Assembly (NCBI GenBank): GCA_004764695.1
Contig: SMSO01000031.1
Span: forward strand, 2,022,436 to 2,086,435
Length of the DNA stretch: 64,000 nucleotides
Direction of reading: 5' to 3'
From: Schizochytrium sp. TIO01
Taxonomy: Eukaryota > Protista > Bigyra: Labyrinthulomycetes
A program made the position numbers and the translations under genes. This document shows positions 1 through 11,820 of the stretch, piece by piece. Every line of letters starts with the position of its first letter. Position 1 is the stretch's first letter. Below the pieces are notes generated by a model. The model did not search any database, had not been told where the DNA came from, and saw nothing but the letters and a program-made list of their open reading frames with translations.

Positions 1-1407
1 TGCAAGCCCATGCTCGAGTCTGGCACCCTTGGTACCAAGGGTAACACTCAGGTTGTTGTGCCTCACCTTACAGAAAACTATGGTGCGACCCGCGACCCTC
101 CTGAAAAGTCCGTGCCGGTCTGTACTCTCAAGAACTTCCCGTACAAGATCGACCACACTATTCAGTACGCCCGTGACTGGTTTGAGGGTGCCTTTGCGCA
201 AACCCCGCGTAACGCTAACCAGTACATTGTTGACCCGGAATACTTGAGCCGTCTGGATAGCCAGGAGAACACCAAGGTTCAGATGCTGGAGGGCTTGAAG
301 TCTTCCCTTCTGACGAGCAAGCCGTCCAAGTTTGAGGATTGTATTACCTGGGCCCGCGAGCAGTTTGAAGAAAACTACTCTAACCAGATCAAGCAACTTC
401 TTCACTCCTTTCCCCCGGGTATGATTACCTCCACTGGCACGCCATTTTGGTCCGGAACCAAGCGCGAGCCCCAACCTCTCGAGTTTAGCATGGATGACCC
501 CACCCACATGGCCTTCATCATCTCTGCAGCGAACCTTCGCGCTGAAGTTTACGGTATTCCGGAGTGCAAGGATGAGAATGTCTTTCGTGCACACTTGCCG
601 ACCGTGCTTGTACCCCCGTTCCGCCCCAAGAGTATGAAGATTGCCTCTAACGACCAGGAGCTCAAGGAGCAGGAGGAGTCTAACAAAGACATGATGGATG
701 TTGAGGTTGTCGCTGAGAGTATTGTCGCTACTCTTCCCGCGCCGGGTGAACTCAAGGAAGTCAAGCTCAAGGAAATCGAGTTTGACAAGGATAACGAGAG
801 CAACTGGCACATGGATTTCATCACAGCCGCCTCGAACCTCCGCGCCCGTAACTACTCTATCGCTGAAGCAGGCAAGTACGAGACTAAGAAGATTGCAGGA
901 TCTATCATCCCCGCCATTGCTACAACCACAGCGCTTGTCACTGGTCTTGTATGCATTGAGCTGTACAAGGTCGTGGGAGGAAAGAACAAGGTCGAGAGTT
1001 ACAAGAACGGTTTCACAAATTTGGCGTTGCCCTTCTTTGCATTTTCAGAGCCTATTGAGGTCAAAAAAACTATCGCAGGCTCTCTGCACTGGTCAATTTG
1101 GGACAAGATTGAGATTGACGGCTCTGAGAAGCCTCTCACTCTGGCCGACTTTTTGCGCTTCTTTCAGGAGAAATACAACGTGGAAGTCAACATGGTTTCT
1201 TATGCCGTCTCAATCTTGCACTCCTTTTTCTCCAACGCTGAGAAGCGTGCTGAGCGCATGAAGATGACCATGCCGGAGTTGGCTGAATCTGTAACGAAGA
1301 AGTCCATCGACCCCAACCAAAAGTATCTTCAGTTTGAGATTATTTGTGTCGATGAAAATGACAATGACGTTGATTTCCCTCCCGTTTCTTACAAACTTCG
1401 CAAGTAA
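1..1407 (+). CDS. UBA1: Ubiquitin-activating enzyme E1, C-terminal part (5'-truncated by window edge)
   Basis: Frame open from position 1. LESGTLGTKGNTQVVVPHLTENY, catalytic-Cys motif PVCTLKNFP, FDKDNESNWHMDFITAASNLRARNY, IIPAIATTTA, C-terminal UFD-like region. Confidence 0.97.
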   Translation, partial: CKPMLESGTLGTKGNTQVVVPHLTENYGATRDPPEKSVPVCTLKNFPYKIDHTIQYARDWFEGAFAQTPRNANQYIVDPEYLSRLDSQENTKVQMLEGLKSSLLTSKPSKFEDCITWAREQFEENYSNQIKQLLHSFPPGMITSTGTPFWSGTKREPQPLEFSMDDPTHMAFIISAANLRAEVYGIPECKDENVFRAHLPTVLVPPFRPKSMKIASNDQELKEQEESNKDMMDVEVVAESIVATLPAPGELKEVKLKEIEFDKDNESNWHMDFITAASNLRARNYSIAEAGKYETKKIAGSIIPAIATTTALVTGLVCIELYKVVGGKNKVESYKNGFTNLALPFFAFSEPIEVKKTIAGSLHWSIWDKIEIDGSEKPLTLADFLRFFQEKYNVEVNMVSYAVSILHSFFSNAEKRAERMKMTMPELAESVTKKSIDPNQKYLQFEIICVDENDNDVDFPPVSYKLRK

Positions 1408-1567
1408 ATCTAACTAAACAGCATCTTGATCCCAATTTTATACAACTTTCTTTGCTTACTTTATTTCATTCTTATTTCTTGCTACGTGGTCCGTGTCCTT
1501 TAATTTAGTCATCGACATCTTGAAGAATATATATAAAATTGGGTCTCCTTAATTCGCTTGGTCAAGA

Positions 1568-1588
1568 AGGTAGGTACCTACCTACCTA
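1568..1588. repeat. TAGG/CCTA palindromic mini-repeat
   Basis: Perfect 16-bp palindrome AGGTAGGTACCTACCT at 1568-1583 plus one further CCTA unit. Confidence 0.85.
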
Positions 1589-4500
1589 ATGAGTGATTAT
1601 TTTAGCTTTTTGCTTGAGTTTTTCTACAATTTATAAGATTTTAAGAAGTTTCCTCTAGCAACAGAGAGTGCCAAAAACGATGTGCATCCTGTCTTTCTAC
1701 TGGTCTTTTTACCGAATTTCCCCTTATCTAGAGGGTAATCGCGATCATGCTAAGTGGTGATGGCACTAAGTAAGTGACACCGTGTTCGCGCTAAAACTTG
1801 CCCATGTACGAACTCAAGAAGAATGAGTTGCTGAATTAGGTTGGTACAGAGAACCCGCCTCACGTCTTCGGCCCCAGTTTTTAATTTTTTCAAAGCGCAA
1901 GGCACTAGTTTATTCACCATTCTGTTTCATTCTAATGATGCAAAAGTCTTACTAGTTTGCCTTTCTTCTCGCGGCGCCTCTTCTGGTTCACCTGAGTCGA
2001 CCGTGCTTCCTGATGTCTGATATGTGCAAGCCCACGACCGGGCCGGCGCACATTCTCACTTTTGGCTTTCCGCAATTAGCATGTACTCCTTGAGATGCTG
2101 ACATCCGTCTTCTTTTACACTCTCTAGAGGGTTCGCAGGAGGTGAATTTAACCTTGAACATGGTAGCATGCATCGTTAAAGAAGTGCAACGACGCGCAAG
2201 TTCTGGGCTGCCACTACAAGTTGTATGTCCTTGTTAGTTGTGCACGACGCACCGGTCCATTTATTTTACCCCTTTGATTCCATTCCAATCGCTGACGCAG
2301 GTTTCGCGCTTTTTCGAGCCCACTCCTGCCTAAGTTTAGGTATTTCTAATGGCGTTTGAAGGTGCGTCGCACTCACTCCACACTAGCTAGACAGCGGCTT
2401 AGCTGGCTACCCATCTGTGCACCGCCTTGTACTAGATTCTGGCAGATCATAGCTTCGTCGATTTCGCGGTCCCGCCCAACACGAAGCACGCCATCCGCAC
2501 AGCATCTTACAGGCCACACATTCTCACGACCCGCCTCAATTTCGCCTCGCCGCCAGCTTTCCCACGGCCACAGTGACAACAGGCTTGCGCGCGTGCTCTA
2601 AGAAGACTAGTCGATCTTCGGGCTTCGCACACGTGGAATTACAGCCCTACCTCTTAGAGACCTGTAGCACTGCGATTTTGGTTCAACACACACGCGAGCG
2701 GTGCCCACCATTACTTGGCCAGATGGCTTAGTTTCTGTGGTCTCCAGTACCTCTCAACTACTTCGAGTGCAGAGATCATGATGAAGCTGATGCAATTTTA
2801 GCTCCAAGTTCCCCTTACACGAAGCACAAACTATTCCATTTCATCAAGTACACACCCGTCTCGAGGGAAGGTTGTCATCGTCTTCACCATCTTCACCTTC
2901 ATCTTCATCTTCGTCTTTATTACCACAAGCTGTTCGAGTTCGACTCGGTTCGGGTCTATTGTTTTATGCAATCGAGAAGCAATCGCGAGTTCGTGCAGCC
3001 TGTAATCCAACTGAGAGATTGTTACCCACGGTACTTGAAGCTGCCACGGACAGGTTCGAGTGCAGGAGCGCGCGTGTACTCTACGGGCCGATTGATAGCA
3101 GTAGCGAAAAGAGATCGCTTGCTGGGCTTTCAAGAACCTGGGCTAGAAGTCGTGGAAGGCGGGCGAGGCTAGCTAGCACCGCATTCTGCGAATACGCTCT
3201 GTGAGTAGTTAGCTACATACTTTGTGTGAATGTGCTGCAAGAAGAAGATCACCGCGATCGTTCGCTCATAAGCATCAGCTGGAAGTCTCTTTTCTTTGCA
3301 CATCCTTCAACTTGGAGACCATTTGGCAATCGCTTCAAGCCTTCCGGCGCCCAGGCTCTCGAAACTGCGCCGATGACAATGCAGTTGTAATCAGCGAACT
3401 TGAGTAGGCGTGAGTGCTGACAAAAAAGTATAGAGATATTCAATGATTGCGAAGATGTAATCGCTGATGATTGCAATGGGCCATGGAGGCCAACGAGCTC
3501 ACGAGCCAACGAAGCGCACGCACCATTTATAAGCTGCTCATCATTTCAAGTGTCCGATCAATACCGAGTTGGACATCATCATCATCATCGTCATTTCCAA
3601 GTAGGTACCTACCTACCCACCAACTAATCTCTGCGAATTCGCATCGTCTTGGAAAGAGAGCTAGCTATCGGTGAAGATGTTTTCCAAGATGTTCCTGTGC
3701 AAGTACCTACTGGAGCTCACGATTCCTGCACGAGTTGCATGGCCAGAGTCGCTCCGAGCTCAAGTTCGTGAAGTTCTAGTTCTCATGTGAAGATGAGGAG
3801 CGAATGAGAATTTGAAGCCTACCTTCTTCGCTCACAAAGAAACCCCATCACATTCATGGCCATCTGCGCCGTAGCTTTGGGCTCGGAAAGAGCGAAGTTT
3901 GGGAAGAAGCTTTCGAAGCTGCTCGATCGATTGCCTAATTTGGCTTGTGCGGGTGAACCTGAAATCCATTTACGCACTACTTCTTCTCACACAGCTAAAT
4001 CCAGGAGGCTTCAACCCTCAAAAGTTCGCTCAGAACATTAGAGCAGCTCCAGAGAAAGTTGAGGCCTACACAGCCTCATCAGAAGCTTCGCCATGCAGAA
4101 CCACGGTTCTCCTTGGGGGCCTACATTTACATCGAGATTTTGATTGCAAAGCAAGATTTCTGCCCATTCTTTTTTTTATTCTTTTTTTTTTTTTTTTTTT
4201 TAAAGACACACAAATCGTTTTTTCTCAGTATCTATCTCTTTCTGAAGAAAAACGTCAACTTTATAGAGCTTAACACCTCTCGTGCTTGCAGGCTTTCACG
4301 TTTAGGTGCAGTTATATGATGGTTTACCGCAAGTACAACTAGCTATCGGGATATGGCTAAGTCAACTTCCTCAGCCTCAGCAGCTGGACCATCGCGAAAT
4401 CATTCTTTGGCTATCCATTGATTAAGTGTCTCGTGCACAACCAGACAGTCCAAACGACGCACGGGTCGAAGTCCGTGTTATGCACGCCACCACCACTCTT

Positions 4501-6489
4501 TCACTACATAATATTATGTCATTTGTGTTCTGTTCTTACTGGGCAGTTCTCTTTAAAACAATGATTACCAGACAACGTGTATTTTACCGCACGTGCCAAT
4601 TGTGGTGCGCCTTTTTGGTGGGTCCTCAATTGCCATGCAAAATCTCACATTCTGAAGGCCTTGGATTTGGCAATAGTCTATAGATAGATAAATGCTAGCC
4701 TTAGTTTATGTACGTACTTTTACTCCGGGCTCCTTCACAGGGCCGCACCACCTATCAATAGATACGTCCATCCACTCATACTCCTGAAATGGACTCCTTT
4801 TTTTTTTTCTACTCTCGTTTTAATTTAGAATTCTTTTGTTATAATTTTTTAGGGATTGATAATAGAGAAGTGTTTCCATTATGAGGTGAGAACCTCAGAA
4901 CCTCCTTCGCACAAAGTCCCGTACTCGCCACCTCTGAGCGACAACTATGAACACGACGCACCTCATCTGGCAACGCACCTGTATCGGCATAGGTGTCCAT
5001 TCCCGTCACTGATGAGACTTCCCGCTGCGCATGTCTTTACCACTTTCATTTATGTGTTTTCTTTTACTTTTCTTTCTCTGGTCTTTTCTTGCCCTCCTTT
5101 TCTTTTGCTACAAAAACACATTTACTTGTTCAATCGAACAAATAAACGTGAACTGGATTTCCCTTCGGCAAAGCATCTTCAACTTATATTTTGCTGTCTG
5201 TTTAGCTTTTGCTTACGGACCTGCGTGATCTAATTTTGCTCTTGATGTGCATATCTATGAAATGAATCCCCTTGTTCGAGCGAACAAAAGGTAACACCCC
5301 ACCTTTAAAGTGCTCCTTCCCTCTTCCACTACAATACTAATATAAACAAGCGCTAAAAGGATTCAAGTTGGAATTTGCATTTTTGTTTGTAAAAAACATT
5401 ATTACTATTACTATTCATTATTATTTTAAATACCAAATAATAATAAGTGTTTGCTTGTTTTAGGCCTCTCTTTCACGTCATTAGCAGTATCGCTTAGAAC
5501 ATGTTAGGTAGCGTATTTTCCTCTTGGAAGCCCATTTCTGGATGACCTCCTTTGCTTGGACACGTGTGGTGCGATGAATGAACCCTGCCTTTAGAAAACG
5601 AGGGGAACACCATGGCGACGAGAGCACGGGCGTAAGTCGGAGCACACAGGCCTGAAGGATGCTGACTGCTAGGATACATACAGTCTCTCCAAGCCTGATT
5701 TCCTTGCTGACATCCCTGTTTATGAAACAAACATAAATGGAATAACAGGAAAACTGTTTTAGTGAATAAACACTTTGTTGGTCTTAATAACCCTTTAGAA
5801 AACCATAGGAAATCTATACTTTTAAAAACAAACACCTTATTGGAAAACTTGGAGAAAACAATAAGGTTATGCCGTCCAAGTTTGTTTGATGGCAAAATAG
5901 AATTACACGTGCAGCACGTGCAGCTCGCTCCCGCCCTTCTCAAGCAGACCTCAATCGGATTGTCGCGCAGGCCAACCCGTTGACCTCCTGCCAGCGATTG
6001 CGACGTGCGCTCGTGAGCTGCATCTTCCTCTCGGTTGCTCTTGTTGCTGCTCTGGGTGGCGGTGGCAATCCTGCACACTCGTTTTCCGTCTTCATACTTT
6101 CGAGCGAGGTTAGGTGCTTGTTTAGCAAAACAAAGCAATAACGTGTTGAGTCTGCAAACTCCGACCGCATAGCGGAGAGCTACGAAGCACGCAGCGTAAA
6201 GTGTAGACTTCTTGACGTGCAGGGAACAAAACAAGCCATCCGCTGCTGTCCAATTTAGGCCAAAGGATACGCGATTGACTTCACTTGCACTAGTCGTATC
6301 AACAAGTGCAAGCCGCCGAGATTGTTATCATCTTTGCAGAAGTAGCAAGATAGAAGCATAGATTGACTGAAGGCACGAAGGCGAGTCCGCTTCTTCTTTA
6401 AAGCATAGCCTTGACATTTGGCTGAACAGCCCAGGGTTTGGAGAAGAAAAGGAGTACCTGTAGTACAAGACTAATTTTTCATAGCCACT

Positions 6490-7491
6490 ATGGTGCAAGT
6501 GGATAGTTCTGGTGGCCTCACAGCACCCATTGCAGATACCCCACCTGCAGGCGCGTATAAAACAGGAGGAATTCTGGCTGGCCTGTCTATCGTCAAGGTC
6601 ATTGCTGTTTGCGTCGTTCTTGCTGTAGTTGGTACAACTGTTGGTGTGGTTATGAGTACTCGAAGCGGTGCCACCGTGGTTGCCTCGGATAGTGTCTCTG
6701 GAGGCCAGAGTCCTAGCACGCAGGCGCCGACACCTTTTCCAGCTTCTAGTTACGCACCGACTTACGAACCGACTTACGCACCGACTTCTCCCACACCCCG
6801 TCCAACAGTTGACGTTGGCTCCACTGATATCATCACTACGTGTGCTCAAGATGTAGCCATGTACATTGATGTTTCTGGCTCCATTACCGAGGATATGGAG
6901 AGCTTAGAACGTCAGTTTGGCCAAACTATGATAGATATGCTTTTCAATCACTCTGCAGACGCCGACTCGATCCATGTTGCCATCAAGTTTTTTGCGGGGC
7001 GTTTCAAACCCGACAAAGACATTACTTTTGGGGAAGATGCTTCTGCAAACAATACTGCTCTTGATATGCTCCTCAACGAAACTTTTGGTACAGGTGGTTA
7101 TACCAAGACATGGAAAATATTTGAAGATGTATTGAGCATTGCAGAATCGCCCCCTGATAACACGAACTTCAACAGCACCACTGGACGTGGACTTTCGCTC
7201 ATCCTGCTTTCTGACGGCGCGCCTAACGTCTCTGACGAAGATGCGCTAACGATCAACGCAACAGAAGATACCATGGCGGCTCGAGATAACCTTCTCGCTG
7301 CATTCCCCTCAATCAAGGTCTACTGCTTTTCACCTAAAACACTTGGAGACAAGGCAACTACCTTTTATGAAGGCCTTTGTGACGGATATTGGTACATTGG
7401 TGATGAAACCGTTTTTCATGACGCTGCTACTGCTGCAATCAGTGTCGTGTCCAAAGTTTGCTCAAATACTACTGTTTCGACGAGGCGCTAA
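6490..7491 (+). CDS. Type II membrane protein with Pro/Thr stalk and von Willebrand A domain
   Basis: N-terminal hydrophobic anchor (ILAGLSIVKVIAVCVVLAVVGTTVGVV), APTYEPTYAPT stalk, complete MIDAS (DVSGS, GYTKT, LLSDG), several NxS/T sites. Confidence 0.85.
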   Translation: MVQVDSSGGLTAPIADTPPAGAYKTGGILAGLSIVKVIAVCVVLAVVGTTVGVVMSTRSGATVVASDSVSGGQSPSTQAPTPFPASSYAPTYEPTYAPTSPTPRPTVDVGSTDIITTCAQDVAMYIDVSGSITEDMESLERQFGQTMIDMLFNHSADADSIHVAIKFFAGRFKPDKDITFGEDASANNTALDMLLNETFGTGGYTKTWKIFEDVLSIAESPPDNTNFNSTTGRGLSLILLSDGAPNVSDEDALTINATEDTMAARDNLLAAFPSIKVYCFSPKTLGDKATTFYEGLCDGYWYIGDETVFHDAATAAISVVSKVCSNTTVSTRR

Positions 7492-7962
7492 AGTAGTTAT
7501 GCACGCGCACAATAAAACGTGCATCTTGTTACTCTTGTACGTGTGCGTGCGTGCGTTCATGCATGCCATTTGTGTCGTATCTCCTCGTGTGCAATTTTTT
7601 CTTCCTTATTTTATGCAGTTCTCTAGGTTTCCCAAGAATTTGAAGTCTCGTGTGTCTTTCAGAGCCTACAGAAGTAAATTTCATGGGGAGAGAAGATGAC
7701 CTCTAGTACGTCTCTGGGTTGCCATGGGCTGGCTCACGTAGGCGAGGCGTTTTTGTACCATCGTGTTTTAATGGGTGTACTGCTGACCTTTACTTTTCAA
7801 TAACCCTATATTTCTTTTATCTTCCTTCAAACCTTCGTAACATGTTCACTCCCCTACGCTTTATATAACGGTCATATTTTACATTGGTTCATATAATGGT
7901 AGTGCCTTATAATAATTTGTTGACATTGCTTTGTGAAAGACGATTGAATGACTGTTTAATAA

Positions 7963-8003
<41 letters not shown>
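7963..8003. repeat. (ATT)n microsatellite
   Basis: Direct reading of tandem ATT units. Confidence 0.95.
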
Positions 8004-8004
<1 letters not shown>

Positions 8005-8253
8005 GTAATTAACTTGAATTGTTTTACATTTGAGTCCTAGAAGGTTCAGGTACTGCCTGGTATAGAATATTACATGTGAGTACATTGTCGGTATTTGGTT
8101 ATGATCAAGTTGATGGGCTTCGATATCAAATCAGAACTGCTCACTTCATCCCAAAAAATTGTGTAGATGATTGGGTAATCGCAGATCCTTTCTTGCCTCT
8201 TACATTGGTGAGTCATCACCTGCAATTACGATTCAGTGGCGACCTCTCGCAGG

Positions 8254-11200
8254 ATGGTAACCTTTGCAGACGATGAGGCAGAGGTTGAAGACCATGAAGT
8301 TCAAGAAATTGTTTCTGAAGTCGACCAATGGGACCAATGTCCAGAGGAAATGGTGCACTTCTTCGACCCGGATACCTATGATAAAATTGCTGAAGAAGCT
8401 GTAGCATGGGTAAAAACGCGCCAACGTTTAGAAAAGCTTCGTACTGGTCGAAATGCAAAACAAACCATTCATAGCGCTCAGCTCTTTGCAAAGCTACGAA
8501 TGTCACTTCGTATGACTGACTTGCTCAACGCAAAGCGAGCAGACGCACCTCCACCAGAAAAACTTAGCTCTGAGCTACGCAATCAACTTTCAATCACAGA
8601 AAGAATTTCAGTTCATCGTACCCGCTTAGGGAGGAGTACTGAGTGGCTTTCTCGTCGAGAAGAGCACCGGTATGCTCAGGCTCAGTCAAACTCAAAACAC
8701 GCTTCCCAATCAAGATCTCGTTCTTCAACACAGAAATCAACATCGTCTCGTAGCTATGAAAACAAACCTATTTTAGATGCTGCTCTTGAAGAGAGTGAAC
8801 AGGACAACTCTAGCAACGAAGAAAGCGACAGTTCCGAAAACTATTCATCTGATGAATGTGAAACCTTTACATGTGGCTATTATCGAAATTCGATAGATCA
8901 CAGCCATAAAAACACTCGTGATAGAAAATATCGCTCAAAGAACAGCGAAGCGAGGAATGATCCACAACTTGGGGAATGGCTCCAAGCCGTTTTTCCTTTC
9001 CAGCGATATATTGCAACGTCCAGGCGCATTGAGCCATTCAAAATGGGGGACTGGCTAATGCAACGGGCTAAGCAAGAATCTAGATCATTATTGCGCATCC
9101 CTCCCTTCCAAAAAGCATACATCGAAGGTTTAGCAGAAAACGAGGCGAAAAGTCTTTTTTCCACTTTGACTTCACTAGTGTATCAACTAAGTTTGCGACA
9201 ATCATGTCTTCCCTCCAGCGACATCTTGAGAGTCATGTTCTTGAATACATGTCCGGCTGTACTTGATCTGTCTGGTTGTGAGTTACAAAGCGATCAGCTT
9301 CAGGCTTTGGGAGGGGTTTTTAAGCACCTTCGTCGCCTTGATTTATCATGCAATAACTTAGAGCTTACGCATGCGGAGATATTAGCAGAATATATACAAC
9401 TACATGGTCAAAATCTGACAGAGCTGGAGCTCTCCTCAAATAATATCCTATGTCAAGGAGCCCTGCTTATCCTGCATGCAATAGCTAACCTAGGGGACAA
9501 AGCAAAAATCCTCCATTTAGGCCTCGCTGCTAACAACATAAGTATGGATCCTAATCACGTGCCAAATCAGCCAAAAGGATCAGAAATTATCGAGATTACT
9601 CAAAATACCTTAAATAGTTTGAGCAGTGAGAATATTGGCAACAATACTGTCACAGATAATAACAGCAATGGGGATCTTGACACAACTAAAAATATGGATG
9701 CAGACCTATCACACACATTCGTTCAATCGCTTTCCGCGCGCGAATGCCCAACACTACGCCATGTGGATCTTGCGGGCAACGAATTAGATTTTGCTGTAGC
9801 CACTCAACTTGTGGAATTGGTACACCCAGTGGGTCACTTGTATGGTTTACACATGAATTGCAACAAAGATTTTCATGTGAACCTATCTATATATGGTCAT
9901 CTTCAATGCATAAGTGGGGCTGATCCATATCAATGTCTCCAGGGTCACCAACAAAGTCTACTCGACCGACCAGAACCTTTAATGTCACGAATAACAGATA
10001 CATCGTCTCGCACCATATGTTTGAGCTGTGGGGGCTGGCAGCGATGTTCTTTTCGATATGGTAATGTCCCAGCGCCTTTTGGCCTTCGTCAATCTGTGTT
10101 ACTAAACTTTGTAGGATATCCTAATCCTATACGTATGGAAAATATCTCTTCTCAAGGGTGGATTGCGACCGTGTTCCTTCAGCCAGGAGAGCACAGATAT
10201 TACTTTTCGACTCCGGATGCACCAAGCCAGATACTACTAAATCCAGGACTACCTTCCGTTCGTTACAATGGAATACTTCTTCATCAGATTATATTAGAGC
10301 CTCGTGAGCTATCTTTTGATCCAGAAGAAGTTATCGATATTGAAGAAGAACATTTGCCCTTTGCAGCAATACGTGCCGATGATTTGAAGCGTGAAGAAGA
10401 TAGACGCAATGACATTCAAAAGGACTACGAACTATTATGTAGCTGTGATGCTATAAAAGGGCATTTTGCAGAAGTATTGCTTCACCCTCCTATCAGTGTA
10501 TCTGAGCTGGATCTAAAGCTAGAATGGGACTTTCCAGGCTCCTATGATACGGTGGCAAATCTAAAGAAATCATTTGAAGCTTTGCATGCACATCTTTGTT
10601 CAACTCGCATGCTTTTGCACGTAGATCTAGCGGAAGAATATGTTTCTGGCATAGAGTTTTTGCAGAAGTTATGCAATCGGGCAATTAAGCACTATAATAA
10701 ATGTGTTGAACAATATGAAGGGGCTGTAGATCCCAAGTCATTAAGCCTTGCACACTCCCTCAACGAAGTTTTTTTCAAAGAAATTGTTCCTGGAATGCGT
10801 TTTGATTACCTGAACCCTCTTCCTCTACGTGATTGCCTTTACAACAATGCGAGTTTCCGACACTGGCTTTGTATGTACAACGATGAGCTCAGAACCATTT
10901 TCCATCGTATTCAGGATTATGGGGGTTCACAACAACATCAGACTAAAGAAGTATGCTCATTTTCAAGATGGATGCACTTTCTGGGTTCCCAAAGAATCTA
11001 CCCACTACTCGTCGGGCAAAGGCAAGCTCGGATTGTTTTTTTCCAATCGCTTCGAAGTAAACCTTTATACGATCGATCACAAGTCCAGAGCTGGTCTTTA
11101 GAATGGATAGAATTTATTGAAGCTATCTGTCGCCTTGCTTCTGCAGCATGGATTCCTGGACCTGCTCTTCGATCCCTCTTAGGTATAAAAGATCCATATA

Positions 11201-11535
11201 GAGATGACAGCTATATTGACGCTTTACGGTGCGCAATCCAAGTTGAGCACCTTCTAGATGATAAAGTGCAAATTTCTGATCTTTTTCGAGCAGAACCAGA
11301 TCTTGATGTCACCCCGGCAGCTCGAATTCGATTTATTGTGCAAGCATTAACAATGGACATTAAACAGAGCGTTTCTGTCGTTATAAAAACAACCTCTCCT
11401 TCTCAGAAGGAGTATCGCAACCAACGAGTTGACACCCTCATTCGAAATTCGTCGAGTACAGTAGGAGCTGCAGAAGCTTGTCTCTACGCAGTTCAGCTGA
11501 TCCATTCTGAAGGATATCATAACACGAACCTCTGA
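8254..11535 (+). CDS. Leucine-rich repeat protein (RNase-inhibitor-type LRRs) with CBM48/AMPK-beta-like and EF-hand-like C-terminal segments
   Basis: 1099-codon ORF; track start 8236 is GTG, first ATG is 8254. LRRs LDLSGCEL, LRRLDLSCNNL, LTELELSSNNI, LHLGLAANNI, LRHVDLAGNEL. WIATVFLQPGEHRYYF resembles the AMPK-beta glycogen-binding strand. C-terminal LEWIEFIEAICRLA. Confidence 0.75.
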   Translation: MVTFADDEAEVEDHEVQEIVSEVDQWDQCPEEMVHFFDPDTYDKIAEEAVAWVKTRQRLEKLRTGRNAKQTIHSAQLFAKLRMSLRMTDLLNAKRADAPPPEKLSSELRNQLSITERISVHRTRLGRSTEWLSRREEHRYAQAQSNSKHASQSRSRSSTQKSTSSRSYENKPILDAALEESEQDNSSNEESDSSENYSSDECETFTCGYYRNSIDHSHKNTRDRKYRSKNSEARNDPQLGEWLQAVFPFQRYIATSRRIEPFKMGDWLMQRAKQESRSLLRIPPFQKAYIEGLAENEAKSLFSTLTSLVYQLSLRQSCLPSSDILRVMFLNTCPAVLDLSGCELQSDQLQALGGVFKHLRRLDLSCNNLELTHAEILAEYIQLHGQNLTELELSSNNILCQGALLILHAIANLGDKAKILHLGLAANNISMDPNHVPNQPKGSEIIEITQNTLNSLSSENIGNNTVTDNNSNGDLDTTKNMDADLSHTFVQSLSARECPTLRHVDLAGNELDFAVATQLVELVHPVGHLYGLHMNCNKDFHVNLSIYGHLQCISGADPYQCLQGHQQSLLDRPEPLMSRITDTSSRTICLSCGGWQRCSFRYGNVPAPFGLRQSVLLNFVGYPNPIRMENISSQGWIATVFLQPGEHRYYFSTPDAPSQILLNPGLPSVRYNGILLHQIILEPRELSFDPEEVIDIEEEHLPFAAIRADDLKREEDRRNDIQKDYELLCSCDAIKGHFAEVLLHPPISVSELDLKLEWDFPGSYDTVANLKKSFEALHAHLCSTRMLLHVDLAEEYVSGIEFLQKLCNRAIKHYNKCVEQYEGAVDPKSLSLAHSLNEVFFKEIVPGMRFDYLNPLPLRDCLYNNASFRHWLCMYNDELRTIFHRIQDYGGSQQHQTKEVCSFSRWMHFLGSQRIYPLLVGQRQARIVFFQSLRSKPLYDRSQVQSWSLEWIEFIEAICRLASAAWIPGPALRSLLGIKDPYRDDSYIDALRCAIQVEHLLDDKVQISDLFRAEPDLDVTPAARIRFIVQALTMDIKQSVSVVIKTTSPSQKEYRNQRVDTLIRNSSSTVGAAEACLYAVQLIHSEGYHNTNL

Positions 11536-11820
11536 AAATCATTGTTTGAATTCAGAGCAGATGTGTCCAGATAAATATCTATTTCAAAAAGTTAAAGATT
11601 TCGTCTCTTAGTATTCTGCCTTATAAGCTTGAGAAGCGCTAGGCTTCTAAGTCATACATAATCAAAGTCCAGTGGTTTAATGGTGTTTGTGTTTTCAAAA
11701 CCAACTTTCAAGATTACAGAGTTTTGCTGGTTTCCAATCGCTCACAAAAACAATAAAAAAAAATTAAGAGTGAGATAATATAATTAGCACAGTAACATGT
11801 AAACCATGCGGGGAAACAGT

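Noticed and set aside
5494-6234. 246-aa minus-strand ORF
   Set aside because: Non-ATG start, heterogeneous composition, no domain; lies in the likely promoter region of the vWA gene.
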